Positions 36,395 to 47,900 of a stretch of DNA of 64,000 bases are shown here, piece by piece. Source of the stretch: Peribolospora baueri. Taxonomy: Eukaryota. Below the pieces are notes generated by a model, which saw nothing but the letters and a program-made list of their open reading frames with translations, was not told the DNA's origin and ran no database searches. Numbering within the stretch: the first letter of the stretch is position 1; each line of letters starts with the position of its first letter. The position numbers were made by a program, and so were the translations under genes. The stretch covers positions 248,001 through 312,000 of the forward strand of contig JAMDHS010000001.1 in NCBI GenBank assembly GCA_029717555.1, read 5' to 3'.

Positions 36395-38174
36395 GGAAAC
36401 GAGAAGGGGAATGTCGGGACGAGTGTCTCTCCTATGTCCTTCTCCTCCTTCGTTCCTTGTTGCTTTCTTTCTTTCCTTCGTTCCTTCTCTCTCTCTATGT
36501 TCCCCTTCTACGTGGCGGAGGCGGAGGTGGTGGGTGAGCGGCGGAAGGAGAAGGGACGAGAAATAAAAAGTCGTCTGTCTGTAGTGTTCTCTCGTCGTCG
36601 TCCGTCCTCGCTCTCGTCGACGGCGGGGCTCAGCGCGGCGCGGAGGTCGACGTTGGCTGCGGCGACGATGAGTGATGGAGAGGAGAAGGTCGAGCGAGGA
36701 ACGAAAGGAAAGGAGGAGGGCCAAAAGTGCCGTCGCCGACGAATGACGATGGAAGGATAGATAGACGGCAAAGTGGGGAGGAAGGTGGAGGTGGTGCAAA
36801 GGTGCGAGCGAGCCGCTGCCTGTCCTCTCATTTCCGACGCGATCCACTACATACACGCATACATACACGCATACATACACCTTCTAACCCCTCCCTGCCG
36901 CCGCTGTCGCCCGTCCCTTGCTCGCGTGCGTCATCTGCCGAAGTTCGCCTCCGGCCGTCGAAGCGACCTAGCACGTGAGAGCGCGAGGGCGACGCAAGGG
37001 CGACGAGAGGGCGACGGCGTCCCCGCTCCCGTGGACAGACGGCCTGGAGAGGAGGAGGTCGGGAGAGAATGGGGGACGATAGGATGACCGACCGCATACA
37101 CTCACTCCCTCGCACAGCCGGAACAGACGGCCGAACGACCGCCGGAACGCCGACGGCCGACATCGCCGCCGGCGCCGCGTATCTCCCCTTCCGTCCGCGC
37201 CGTCTGTCTCCGAGACCGGCCGACAGACGGACAGAGGCGGCGAAAAGAAGAAGAGGAGAGACAAAAAAGGAGCGCGACGGCGGACACCCCTTCTTCCCTT
37301 CTTCGAACAACGAAGGGGTGAGCATCCCGACCGTCTACTCGCCTTTCCTCCGCTCTTCACTCACCCGTCCTTTTCTCCTTTTCCTTCTTTCAGGGACATA
37401 AAAGTTCGAGCTCGCACAAGCCTCCGACTCTCCGCCGCCGACGCCGCCTCGCCGCTGCGCCCCTCCTCTACGCTCGTCTCCCAGACCAGTGCCAGAGTCC
37501 CGAGCGGAACGCAGCGGCTCGCAGGCGGCGAACCGGCGGAGCCGGTCGGTGGCCCTCTCTCTCCGACGGCGTGTTCGCGTTCCCGTCCCCCAGACTCAAC
37601 GCTTCGTCCTCGTCCGCGCCTTCCTAAGGCCCGGCGGGGACAAGTCCGCGCGCGCCGAAGCCGTCCCTCGCCTCGCGGCGACCGACCGCTCCTCTTCGTG
37701 TTCTTTCTTCTCGATCGAACGTCACTGGATCGCCGATCAGGCGTCGCTCCTCGTGGGCGGCGCCCATGAAACAGGCGTGATGGGATGGAGGGGATCGGGG
37801 CGGCGCGTGCGGACCGACATTTCTTTCTTTCCTGTTTTTTGTCCTCTCTTTGTGCGATTGTGTATTGCCTTGCTTTCATCCCGGAATGTATTATTTTCAC
37901 GTCTCCGACGGTTTCCAAACGAAGAACATGAATGAATGGCCCGACCTCCCTCCGACGTGAGCATTGTCAGAAGCTAGTGAAGACGGTGATCCTATGGCAT
38001 GTGTGAAAGGACATGCGATGTCGCCCAAGACGCGACGAGCGAAGACCGACTCGCCGCAGCTGCCAGTGATCGTGCGTGTGCCATGCCATGCATATATACA
38101 TATATGCCTCGAAGAAAGCGGAGCGCCCGTTCATGACCTCCTCTCACCATCATCCAGCTCCTCGTCCGATAAGC

Positions 38175-40280
38175 ATGGACCGTATAGCCTCACAAGCTAC
38201 GAGGGGGGATGGTGGAGCCCAAGCAGGCGAGTGCCCCGCGTCGCCGGTCGCCTTCGTCGCGCCCTATCTACCTGACCACCACTCACTTCCCTCGCTCGTT
38301 CCCTTCTCTCTAACCAGGCCCCTCCACCCCTTCCCCCTCCGGCGAGCCGCCCCGCAAAAAGTCAAGATGGGAAGACCTAGAGGACGACAACGGCGGCCGG
38401 CCGCCCAAACCTTCCAAGCGCTCCCGGCCTGGAAGCCATGCCAGCTCGCCTGCTCCGCCGCCGCCGCCGCCGGCGGGGCGAGAGATCGCGTCCGCTTCTC
38501 CCGCCCACGCTTCTTCGAGGCCATCTGAACCGCTGACACCCGTCGCTGCTCGAAGCGCCGCCTCCGCCCCCGCCTCCCCTCGCCCACCCCGCATCCCCGC
38601 CTTGGCCCGCCGAGATGCCCACCCGCCGCTGACGTCCTGCCGGTCGATCAACAACTACGAGCGCCTAAACCACATCGAGGAAGGCTCCTACGGCGTCGTC
38701 TTCCGCGCCCGAGACAGGCACACTGGTGACATTGTCGCCATCAAAAAACTCAAATTGGACAAGGAGAAGAATGGATTCCCGATCACCAGCTTGAGGGAGA
38801 TTCGGACGCTCATGGAGGCCGCCCATCCTAACGTCGTTAGGGTCAGGGAAGTTTGCGTGGGAGATACGTTGACCCAGTGAGCTCTGTTTGTTTTCCGGCC
38901 GTTCGTGCAGGGATTCCGAACGTGTCGTTCTCAGCGGACACTCGCCCTTTTTCCTCTCGTACCCAGGATCTTCATCGTGATGGACTTTGTCGAACACGAC
39001 CTCAAAACCCTCCTCTCCACCATGCGCGCTCCCTTCCTCCAATCCGAGATCAAGACACTCATGCTCCAACTCCTCTCCGCCATCCATCTCCTCCACTCCC
39101 GCTGGATCGTCCATCGCGACCTCAAGACTTCCAACCTGCTCATGAACAACCGTGGCATGATCAAGCTCGCCGACTTTGGTCTCGCCAGGACTTTTGGAGA
39201 CCCCTTGGGTGACATGACCCAGTTGGTCGTCACGTTGTGGTACCGGTGCGTCGGGTCGGTTCGTCTGTTCGTCGTTTCGTTTCCGTTTCCATCCGATTCA
39301 TCCTTTCCCGACGCACAGGGCCCCGGAGCTGCTCCTCGGCGCGGAAGAGTACTCGACAGCCGTCGACATGTGGTCTGTAGGATGCATCTTTGGCGAACTC
39401 CTCCTCAAGGAGCCCCTTCTACCCGGCAAGAGCGAGATCGACCAGGTGGGCAAGGTGAGCCGGCCGTCTTTTCCTTTCCACCGCCCCCGCGGTGTCTACG
39501 TAAGTTCGTAGCCATCGCTGATTCGCCTCTGTTTTTTTGTTTACTCCGCCTGTCCCGCTCGCGTACCGCAAGATCTTTAAGCTCTTGGGCCAGCCGACGG
39601 AGGAGGCCTGGCCTGGGTGGACCAAGCTCCCGAACGCAAAGGCTTTCAACACCAAGGTTGCCCAACCGTAAGTCTCTCCGTCTGCCATGCCAGTCCCCTG
39701 AGCGCTCGGTTAAAAGAGCGGCAGCGAATCTTCCCGATTTTGACCTTGTTTCGTATCCCCCCCCACAGCTACTCAATGCTCCGCCAAAAGTTCCCTTACG
39801 TCACCGAGGCAGGCCTCAACCTTCTCAGCCGCCTTTTGACCTACGACCCTGCCAAGCGTATCACGGCGGATGAGGCGCTCAAGCATCCGTACTTTAGGTG
39901 GGCGACCTTTGTTTGTTTGCTTGTCGTTTGATCGTTTGGTCGTTTGTTCTTTCGTTCGTTCGTTCGTTCGTTCGCTCTTTTGTTCGTTCGCTCGCTCGCT
40001 CTGACCGGTCGAGCCGAGCATCTTCCCTTCCCTCCCCTTTCCGCCAGCGAGTCCCCGGCTCCCAAACACCCCGACGCCTTTGGCTCCTTTCCCAGCGCCG
40101 CCTTGGGCGAAAAGTGAGTTCCATACCCTTCTTCCCACCCGCCCCGTCTGTCGACCGCTCACGAGCGCTGCCCGCCTCCCGACCCCCCGACCCCCGCGCA
40201 GACGCAAGTTCGACTCGCCTTCCGCACCGCAGAGACTGGCGGATCAGAAGCTGGCGATGCAGCTCGAGTTCGACCTCTGA
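38175..40280 (+). CDS. CDK11/PITSLRE cyclin-dependent kinase, multi-exon
   Basis: [63 protein letters not shown]. Start depends on a GC-AG first intron (38227-38317); an in-frame upstream ATG is also possible. Confidence 0.92.
39908..40002. repeat. (TTCG/TTTG)n microsatellite in a CDK11 intron
   Basis: tttgtttgtttg..ttcgttcgttcgttcgttcg..ctcgctcgctc seen directly. Confidence 0.85.
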
Positions 40281-41549
40281 TCGTCCTGGCCATGTCCGCC
40301 GCCGCATCCAGGCGATGCGATGCACCCGTCTTGTATTTGTATCTGGCCAGCGCATATTCACGACTCACGCCCTCCTTCCTCCACGGTTCGCCTTCGCCTT
40401 TCTTTTTTGCTTTGGCTTTGCGTTCTTTCTCTCGTCCTTGTTTTCCTTTGTCTTTTCTTTCTCTCTCTCTCGTTCACCGAGGCCACTCCCGCCGACGCCG
40501 CTGGGGCGCACCCTTACCACCGTCACGGCGGCCAGCAAGGGTGTCCGCCCCCTCCCCGTGCAGGCGTCGGTGGCGACAAAGTCTGGCGGCGCGAGCCCGA
40601 GGCACGGCAAGCCAGACGAGGGGATGCCATCCGCCACGCCGGCGGCGGCGTCGCTCTCCCCGCGTGCCCCGCTCTGTTCAGTTCTGTTCAGGGTTGTTCG
40701 CCTCGTGCGCCCGCGCGCCTCGAAGATCGATGGGCGGGGCGTCGTCCGACGCCCCGCCCTCCCTCCCCTTTCTGACGACCTCTCCCCGCCGCTGGGTCGG
40801 GTGCATGCGTGCACAGCACGTGTACCTACCCGCGTCCCTTCTCTCTCTCCCCCCCCCCCCCCTTTTCTTAAGGTAGGGTCAGGGTGTGGAGGGCGAAAGC
40901 GGCAGAGTGTGGAGAACGGCGTTCGTTCCGGGGACGGACACGTCCCGTCGTCTCGTCCCGTCCTCGTCTTCTTTCTCTTCCTCTTTCGTTCTCTTCAGTT
41001 CTTCTCCCAATCGTCGTCGCCTGTACCTATGTACTATAATCCACTCCCCCCTTACCCCTGGACCAAGAAAAGGACAGGAGATAGGCTGTGTCACGTCCGA
41101 GTGGAACGGCGCCGGCGCTCAGATACGCGCCCCTCGTTCTCTCGGCATAAAACTGTCTCTCCTTCTGTCTCTTTGTCCGGAACAGTCCTCGTCGATGTCG
41201 ATGGCGACCAACAACATCGCCGGCGCGGACGGTCCCGCCATCCATCATCCGAGTCTCGACAGGGAGAAAGGAAAAGAACAGGACGGAGCGCTTTGGCCAC
41301 CAGGGCCATTTCGTATTATTACAGCGCGCTACGATAAGTTACTGGGTTAAGGATACATCGAAACGCCGTCTGCGTGGGGATGGATGGATGGATAGATGGA
41401 TGGAGACTCGCGCTCACCCTCCCCCTCCCTCCCCGCGTGGCACACCGTTCGAACCGACGGACCGATCTCAAGTTGCGGCCATCTTCGGACGAGTGAGGAT
41501 GCCCGTCTGTGGGTAGGTACGGCAGCCGGCGGGAGGGCGGACAGGGAAC

Positions 41550-42888
41550 TCAAGCTTTCACCAAGGTCGCGCTCCTTCCAGGGAGCCGATGCAGGCTCGT
41601 CCTCTTGGCATTGCAAGCAGGAGCGAAGCCCCTCGATGACTGCTGAGGGCGGGACACCACGGGCGCCAAGGGCGTTCGAACAGCCACAGCGGCGATAGAG
41701 GACTCTGCAGGCGCCGGGACGATGATGGGAGCCGGGAAGGGGGTGCGAGGGGCAGGTGGCAACCGCGCTCCTTCGTCTCGGAAGGCGTCCGGGCAAGAGG
41801 GCTTCTCGCGCAGTCGATCGTCGCACGGCTCCGCCTGAGACTTGACTTGGGAAACGTTTTTCCCGGCCAATGACAAGGAGGCGGCTCGACGGGACTTCTG
41901 AGGGGCGCGGGGCGCGGGTTGGAGGATGGGCTGAGCAAGGAAGAAAGGAAGGGGAGGCCGAAGAATGTCAAGTGAGCAAGGAAGGAAGCCCGATGCACAC
42001 AATTGAACCTCTCGCACTCCATATGCTCACCACCACGACTCTCTCCGTGCTGCCTGTTCCTCCTCGCCCGTTCGACCCCCTCGCTGTCACCGTCATGTCC
42101 ACTTCGCACTCTTCTTCCTCGCTCTCCTCCTCGCTCGACCAATTTGCGCCCGTCATGGCCCTCGCAAGCATGAGGCTCCTCCTCCTCGCCTCTACGTCTG
42201 CCTCCTTGAAACTGACGCGCAGCCTGGGAGTCGGGAAGGCGATGAAAGGCGTGAGAGGCGAGCTGATTTCGGAGGAACTGCTGACGGTGATAGTCACACC
42301 CGAGTCGCCGGCCAGGATGGTGGCGGAAGAGGCTGCGCTGCTGGACGCCCCAGACTCCTTCTTCTTCTCGTCTGCCTCCTCCGCCAGCTTTGCTCCGAAG
42401 CTGAGGTTGAACGGGTAAGGAGTCCGAATGGGTGCGGAGGCCAAAGCAGAATGGATAAGCACCGAGAACCGCCGACGAGTCGAGCCGGGGGATTGAATGA
42501 CGATGCGAGGCGCCGTCGTATCGGCTTTGGACTCGACTTTGGCCTCGTCGTCCCTGGCTGTCTTGACGGGCGCAGGCGCTTGTTTGTTCATTTCCTCCTC
42601 TGCGCGCTTGGCAGCCCTCCTCTTCTTCCTGAGCCTCCGCGGGGAAGACGATGATGACCTGGCCCAGTACGATCGCACGATGGCGGGTACAATGTGTCGG
42701 ACGGTCAAGCCAACCGTCGCAAGGGTCTGGAGGAGGGGCGCAAACAGGAGGGCGAGAACAGAGATGAGGATGAAGGCGTAGGCGTGGATGCGCGCGGCTA
42801 GGACCTGAAGGAGACAGCGAGGGGATGAGGCCACATTAAGCGGTAGAGAAGGCGAGATGGGGTCGGCGAAGCTCGTGCCTTTGGCCAT
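41550..42888 (-). CDS. Hypothetical protein with N-terminal hydrophobic segment, two exons
   Basis: ATG 42888; hydrophobic AYAFILISVLALLFAPLLQTLATVGL. Phase-0 GTGAGC..CAG intron 41835-42030 joins ORF 41968..42888 in frame to ORF 41550..42017. No recognised domain. Confidence 0.5.
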
Positions 42889-43799
42889 GGTGCTACGCTT
42901 GAGAATCTGTAATGTGCGATCACTGTCGAGGCGCGCAGCTGGCGAAGACAGACACAGACGGCTACCGGAGCTGGAATGAACGTGAGATAAAAACTTGCTG
43001 CTAGCGTGTCGAAGAGAATGTGAATCCGGAACCTGGACCAGCCGTAGTGAGGGACGAGACTGCTAGAAAGAGGTGGGAATGAGGGAGAGGACGAGGAAGA
43101 GAAGACGTGACCAGAAGGAAAGGGAGACGAAGAGGCGGATGCCAAAGTCGGCCCTGGTTATGTATGATGTCGAGAGGCGCAGCCGTTGAGCTGCCGATCC
43201 TGCGCCATATCACACCACCCTATCGGCCGCCTCGGCTCTGCTTATGGGTCTGTATCGAGAGGACGCCGACGGAAAGGCTCCGCACGACGGTCCTACGGAG
43301 ACTTCCGTCTGTCCAGCGTCAACGAGACGACAGTAACAAGGCGCTGCCGTACGAGCCGTGCAATTGCTTGAAGGAAGGGATGTCAGCGAGACCGCCAGCA
43401 TCAACCCTTGCCGACGAGGACTCCATGGTCGAGGAAGGCCGCGCTGTGCAGTCGCGAGGCGACAGCGCTTGCGAAGGCGAGGAACGGCTGTTCATGGTGA
43501 CCAAGACTGGGCCTGGTCTTGTGAAGGAGTCTAATGGTCGCGGGCGCAGAGCAGAGTATGCCGAAGACGCCGTCGGCGTACTGACTGATCAAAGATCCGC
43601 GCCAGGCCGGAGTCACGACCAGCATAGCGGGCGCTCGAGCGTCGTCGCCGCCCGTCGCCCTCGTTGCTGACATAAGCCTCACAGTGCAAACGCGGTCACG
43701 TGCGCGAGAGTCATTGCGTTGGTAGAAGGATCTCGTCCTCACCCTCGCTCACCATTCTCGACCCTCCCCGCTTGCTCTTTCTCCCCCACACCGCTGACC

Positions 43800-45220
43800 A
43801 TGTCTTCCACGCCAAGGAGAGAAGCGACCATCAACCTGGCCCCCGGGCCCTCCTCCCTGCCCACTCAGGTCCTCCTCGAGGCCGCGCAGGGCCTGCTCGA
43901 CTACGAGGGCACCGGCATCGGCATCGCCGAGCTCTCCCATCGCTCGTCCACCTTCGGCGGCCTCCTCAAGCGCGCCGAGGCCGACCTCCGAGCGCTCCTC
44001 GACATCCCCGACAACTACCGCGTCCTCTTCACTCAAGGCGGCGGCTTGGGTCAATTTGCCGCCGTCGCGCTCAACCTCATCGCTGCGCACCGGGCTAAGT
44101 ACCCCGACTACGGCAAGGACAACCTGCCCCCCGCAGACTACATCGTGACGGGCGGCTGGAGCGACAAGGCAGCCAAAGAGGCCGCCAGGCTGGGCGGGGT
44201 GAGGGTGAACGTAGCAGCGCACGTGAAGAAGGACAAGGGCGCCTTTGGCTCCATCCCTTCGCCCGAGTCGTGGAAGCTCAACGCAGCGGAGGACAAGCCG
44301 GCGTACTTGTACTACTGCGACAACGAGACCGTCGACGGCGTCGAGTTCCCTTCCTCCACCTCGTCCCAATGGCCCTTTTCACACCTCCCGGAGGAGTACA
44401 GGAACCAAGTCCCTCTCGTGGCTGACATGAGCTCAAATATCCTCAGCCGTCGCGTCAACGTCTCTGCACACGCCCTCATCTACTTTGGAGCGCAAAAGAA
44501 CGTCGGCCCATCCGGACTTACTGTCGTCATCGTGCGCGACGACCTCGTCGTCGACCCCGATCTCGCGGTCGAAGCGGGCGGACCGAGGATACCGATCGTC
44601 ATGTCCTACAAGGCCCTGGCCGACAATGCGTCGCTCTTTAACACGCCTCCTATGTTCTCCATCTACGTCTCCGCCCTTGTCTTCCGACGCCTAATCGAAA
44701 CTGGAGGCGTGCCCGGTGCTGAGAGGCGCAACGTCAACAAGGCCCGCGCGGTATATACGGAGATCGACGAGAGCGGCGGCTTCTACCACTCCACCGTTGA
44801 CGCCGGATGCAGGAGTCAGATGAACATCACGTTCCGGATAGGCCAGGACGGAGATGGATTGGAGGAGCGCTTCATCAAGGAGGCCGGAGAGAGGGGTATC
44901 AAGCAGATCAAGGGCCATCGGTGAGTAGAATCGCTTTGTCCAGCCGAGTACACGAGTGACCGACGTCAGCCAATACCCGTTGTCTGACGGGAACCGACGC
45001 TGTCTTCCTGTCGATTCGATTTTCAGCTCGGTCGGAGGTCAGTCGTCAAGGATTCCCACTGTCGCGCGTCACCTCTCTCGTTCACGCACTGACCCACTCG
45101 TCCCTCCTCTCCCTCGTAGGCATCCGAACATCGATCTACAACGCTATCACGGAGGAACAGGTCAACGTGCTCGTCGCCTTTATGAAGGAGTTCCGCTCCA
45201 AGGAACAGCAGGCTCACTGA
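43800..45220 (+). CDS. SER1: Phosphoserine aminotransferase, 3 exons including an 11-nt microexon
   Basis: INLAPGPSSLP, ELSHRS, YCDNETVDGVEF, VADMSSNILSR, FGAQKNVGPSG (PLP Lys), SLFNTPP, spliced GHRSVGGIRTSIYNA. Confidence 0.96.
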
Positions 45221-45491
45221 GATGTAGGGACACGCAACATTACATAAGGTCACCGTCCTCGGGCACTGGGCACTGCCGCGATTTCTGACTAATAGATGGC
45301 TCCACAACGCCACTGAGTACGGTAGACTTGTGCGCTATGTAATCCCACGGAAAAGTCTTAGTCACCCCCATCGCTCGCGGCGTATCTCCCCACCTCTCTG
45401 GAAGCTGCTCGTCTTTATAGTGTGTTCGTGTCGCCCAAACCCATCTCAGTTCTCGACTGCTTCTCGCACTCGCCCGCCGAGCTACCATACC

Positions 45492-46503
45492 ATGTCTCAG
45501 CGAGCCGCCATGTCCATGTCCGAGCAAATCGCTCAGCAAGCCGCTCAGCAAGCCGCCCAGCAACCGGGCATGATGCAGCAACCGCCCGGTATGATGCGGC
45601 AGCCCGGTATGATGCAGCAACTTGGCATGCCCCACCTAGCCGGCACCCAATCTCCCGCACACGACGATCCGGAGCTTGCCAAACCTCTCGGTGTAGGGGC
45701 CGTGGGGAGCAAGCGTATGATGGCGATGACGGATGCGATGCAGAGGAACGGTGAGTCGTCCCATGTTGAGCACGAGGGGAATGGAGCAGCCGCCAAGAAC
45801 ACTCAAATGCCTGACGGTCGTCGAGGACGATCTTGAAAGACGGCAGAGAGTGGGATTGGGGTGGGGGGGCGGGTTAGCGGCGGAAGCGAAGACGGAGAGG
45901 TCGATGATGATTTTATAAGGCTCTCTAAACGGTAAAGCACGATCCTCTTCGTGGATCCACTCACCGATATCCTTTTCCTTCCCATTCTCTCGTCCTTCCT
46001 CCCTCTCCCGCTTTACCACTCTCCTTCGTGTCGGCTCACCCATTCCTATTCTGCGTCTTGTCCATGGCCGACGCCCATGTGCTCGTCCACATCGACAGGA
46101 TACATCTCCGGCCAAGGTGGCCCAGATCAGTTCCAAATGACGCATACAGGCGAGGTCGGCGAGGAAGGAATGGGCGATGTGAGTTGTGCTAGTCTTGACC
46201 TGTCTCATCAAGCCGTGTTCGCATCTTGGATGGAAGCTGCCCCCTGTTTCCGTCTGCATTAATTCCTCGCTCACTGCTCCTCCTCCTCTCTCCGTTTTGC
46301 CTTTTCTCACGTCTGGTTTGGCCTCACCGACACACCTTGTTTGTCTGCTCATCTGCCAGTCGGCCATGTTTGCTCAGACAGTTGCTGACAGCCTTGCGGC
46401 ACACGATCGAGCTCTACGGCAGGGGCAGCAGAAGGGCCAATCCGCCATGTCCGCTCAAGATGTCGCGGAAAGTCTCAAGGCATATGAGCAGGCCATGATG
46501 TAG
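45492..46503 (+). CDS. Orphan Gln/Met-rich small protein, 3 exons, ~160 aa
   Basis: Exons 45492-45750, 46099-46178 and 46360-46503 join in frame through GTGAGT..CAG introns. N-terminal QQAAQQAAQQPGMMQQP repeats. Confidence 0.6.
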
Positions 46504-46713
46504 TTTCGCTCTGGCCAAAGGCCACTCACGGAGCTAGGGTCAGTCGTGTGATTTTGTACGTACGACCTCACCTCCCTCCCTTTTGCTCCCGCTTCCGTGG
46601 CACCTTCCACCGGTCAGCACAATGCCACCCGCTGCCTGTCCTGCCGGTTTGCCATGCGGAAATCATTCGAGGCGGCCAGATCGGATCGTCATCCATCCAG
46701 ATTCGCCCACGAT

Positions 46714-47057
46714 ATTGTTGAAGATCGTTTCTTCTCGTTGCTTTATCCCCCCTAACTATTGCTGTTTTATCTTCCCTCCCCGTTGAAGACCGTTTCTTTT
46801 GTTGAAGACCCGTTTCTCCTTGTTTTTCATCTCGCTAATCTTCCCCCTCTGATTTTGCGACCACGCCTTTCCATTTTGCCACGTGGCACGACATTGCTCA
46901 AAACCGTTTCTTCCTGCCGTTTTATCCTCCCTCCCTGTGGAAGATCCGTTTCTTGTTTTTTCTTGCTGCTTTATCTTCCCTCCCCGTCGAAGACCGTTTT
47001 TCTCTTGTTGAAGACCCTTTTCTCCTTGTTTTTCATCTTGCTAACCTTTCCCCGCCT
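46714..47057. repeat. Degenerate higher-order direct repeat with core GTTGAAGACCGTTTCT
   Basis: About 7 core copies; a ~90-bp block at 46759-46851 recurs at 46963-47057 (offset 204). Confidence 0.75.
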
Positions 47058-47900
47058 GCTCCCATACCATCTCCACCGTCTCGTGCTACTCTCTGTCGAC
47101 ATTACCCTATTCCCTCCCACCGCATCCCGCACTTGGTCCTCGTACTTCCCCTAGCTTTTCTCTTGTTTCCGACCATAGCGACCACGTCGCATCGCGTTCA
47201 TCGTCAACTTGCATGTTTCATATCCGGTCGCCTCCATACTTGTAGAAGGAATTGCGGTTTGCTCGTTTTGTCGTCCCATAGTCGAACCTGGGAAGAGTTC
47301 GGTCGCTTCATAAGCCAAGGCATGGGCGCTTGACTGACGCCTTGAATGCTTTGACGGCCGGGTCCCGAGCGAGTGAAAATGCAGTCATAGGGTCGGGTCC
47401 ATTGTGCGAAGCACCTGGGATGGACGAAACCCTCAATTGTACTCTCCTACCCTTTCCTTCCCGCCGGCGAGCGCGATAATGACTCTTTGAAGGACATGGC
47501 CGCAATGCCTGAGACCTCTCGACGCAACACGGCTCACCAGTCCCCTGTGGATAGCCTATGTTCATGTTATGCCTGGCAGCGCGGTGCCCAACGCAATGGG
47601 TCTGGACTCGGCTCTGAAGCCCCGCGGAATCGACATCACCACTTCAGATGATCGTCTGGATGACACGCGAAGAGTCTCTCATCTGGCGACAGAGATGCAG
47701 TTTGTTACATGCGAGACGTGACGAGAGAAGATCGAAGGGGGAACTCATCAGGCTGGAAGCTGCGAGGTGCGAAAAGACCGTTAACAAACCGTACGACAAG
47801 ACAGTGACAATGGAAAGAAACAGACGGCAAGGGGGTGAGCGAATTGCTTCCCTTTTCCTCCGTCGGACCCTGTGCACTCCTCCAGCGAACGTACAGATCC

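Noticed and set aside
36400..38170. Many short ORFs between bZIP and CDK11, and ORF 39898..41337
   Set aside because: Derived from microsatellite-rich UTR/promoter sequence; no splice-consistent model or domain.
46714..47057. CRISPR-like array interpretation of the repeats here and at 12524-12610
   Set aside because: Eukaryotic context, degenerate units, irregular and mutually similar spacers, no cas genes.
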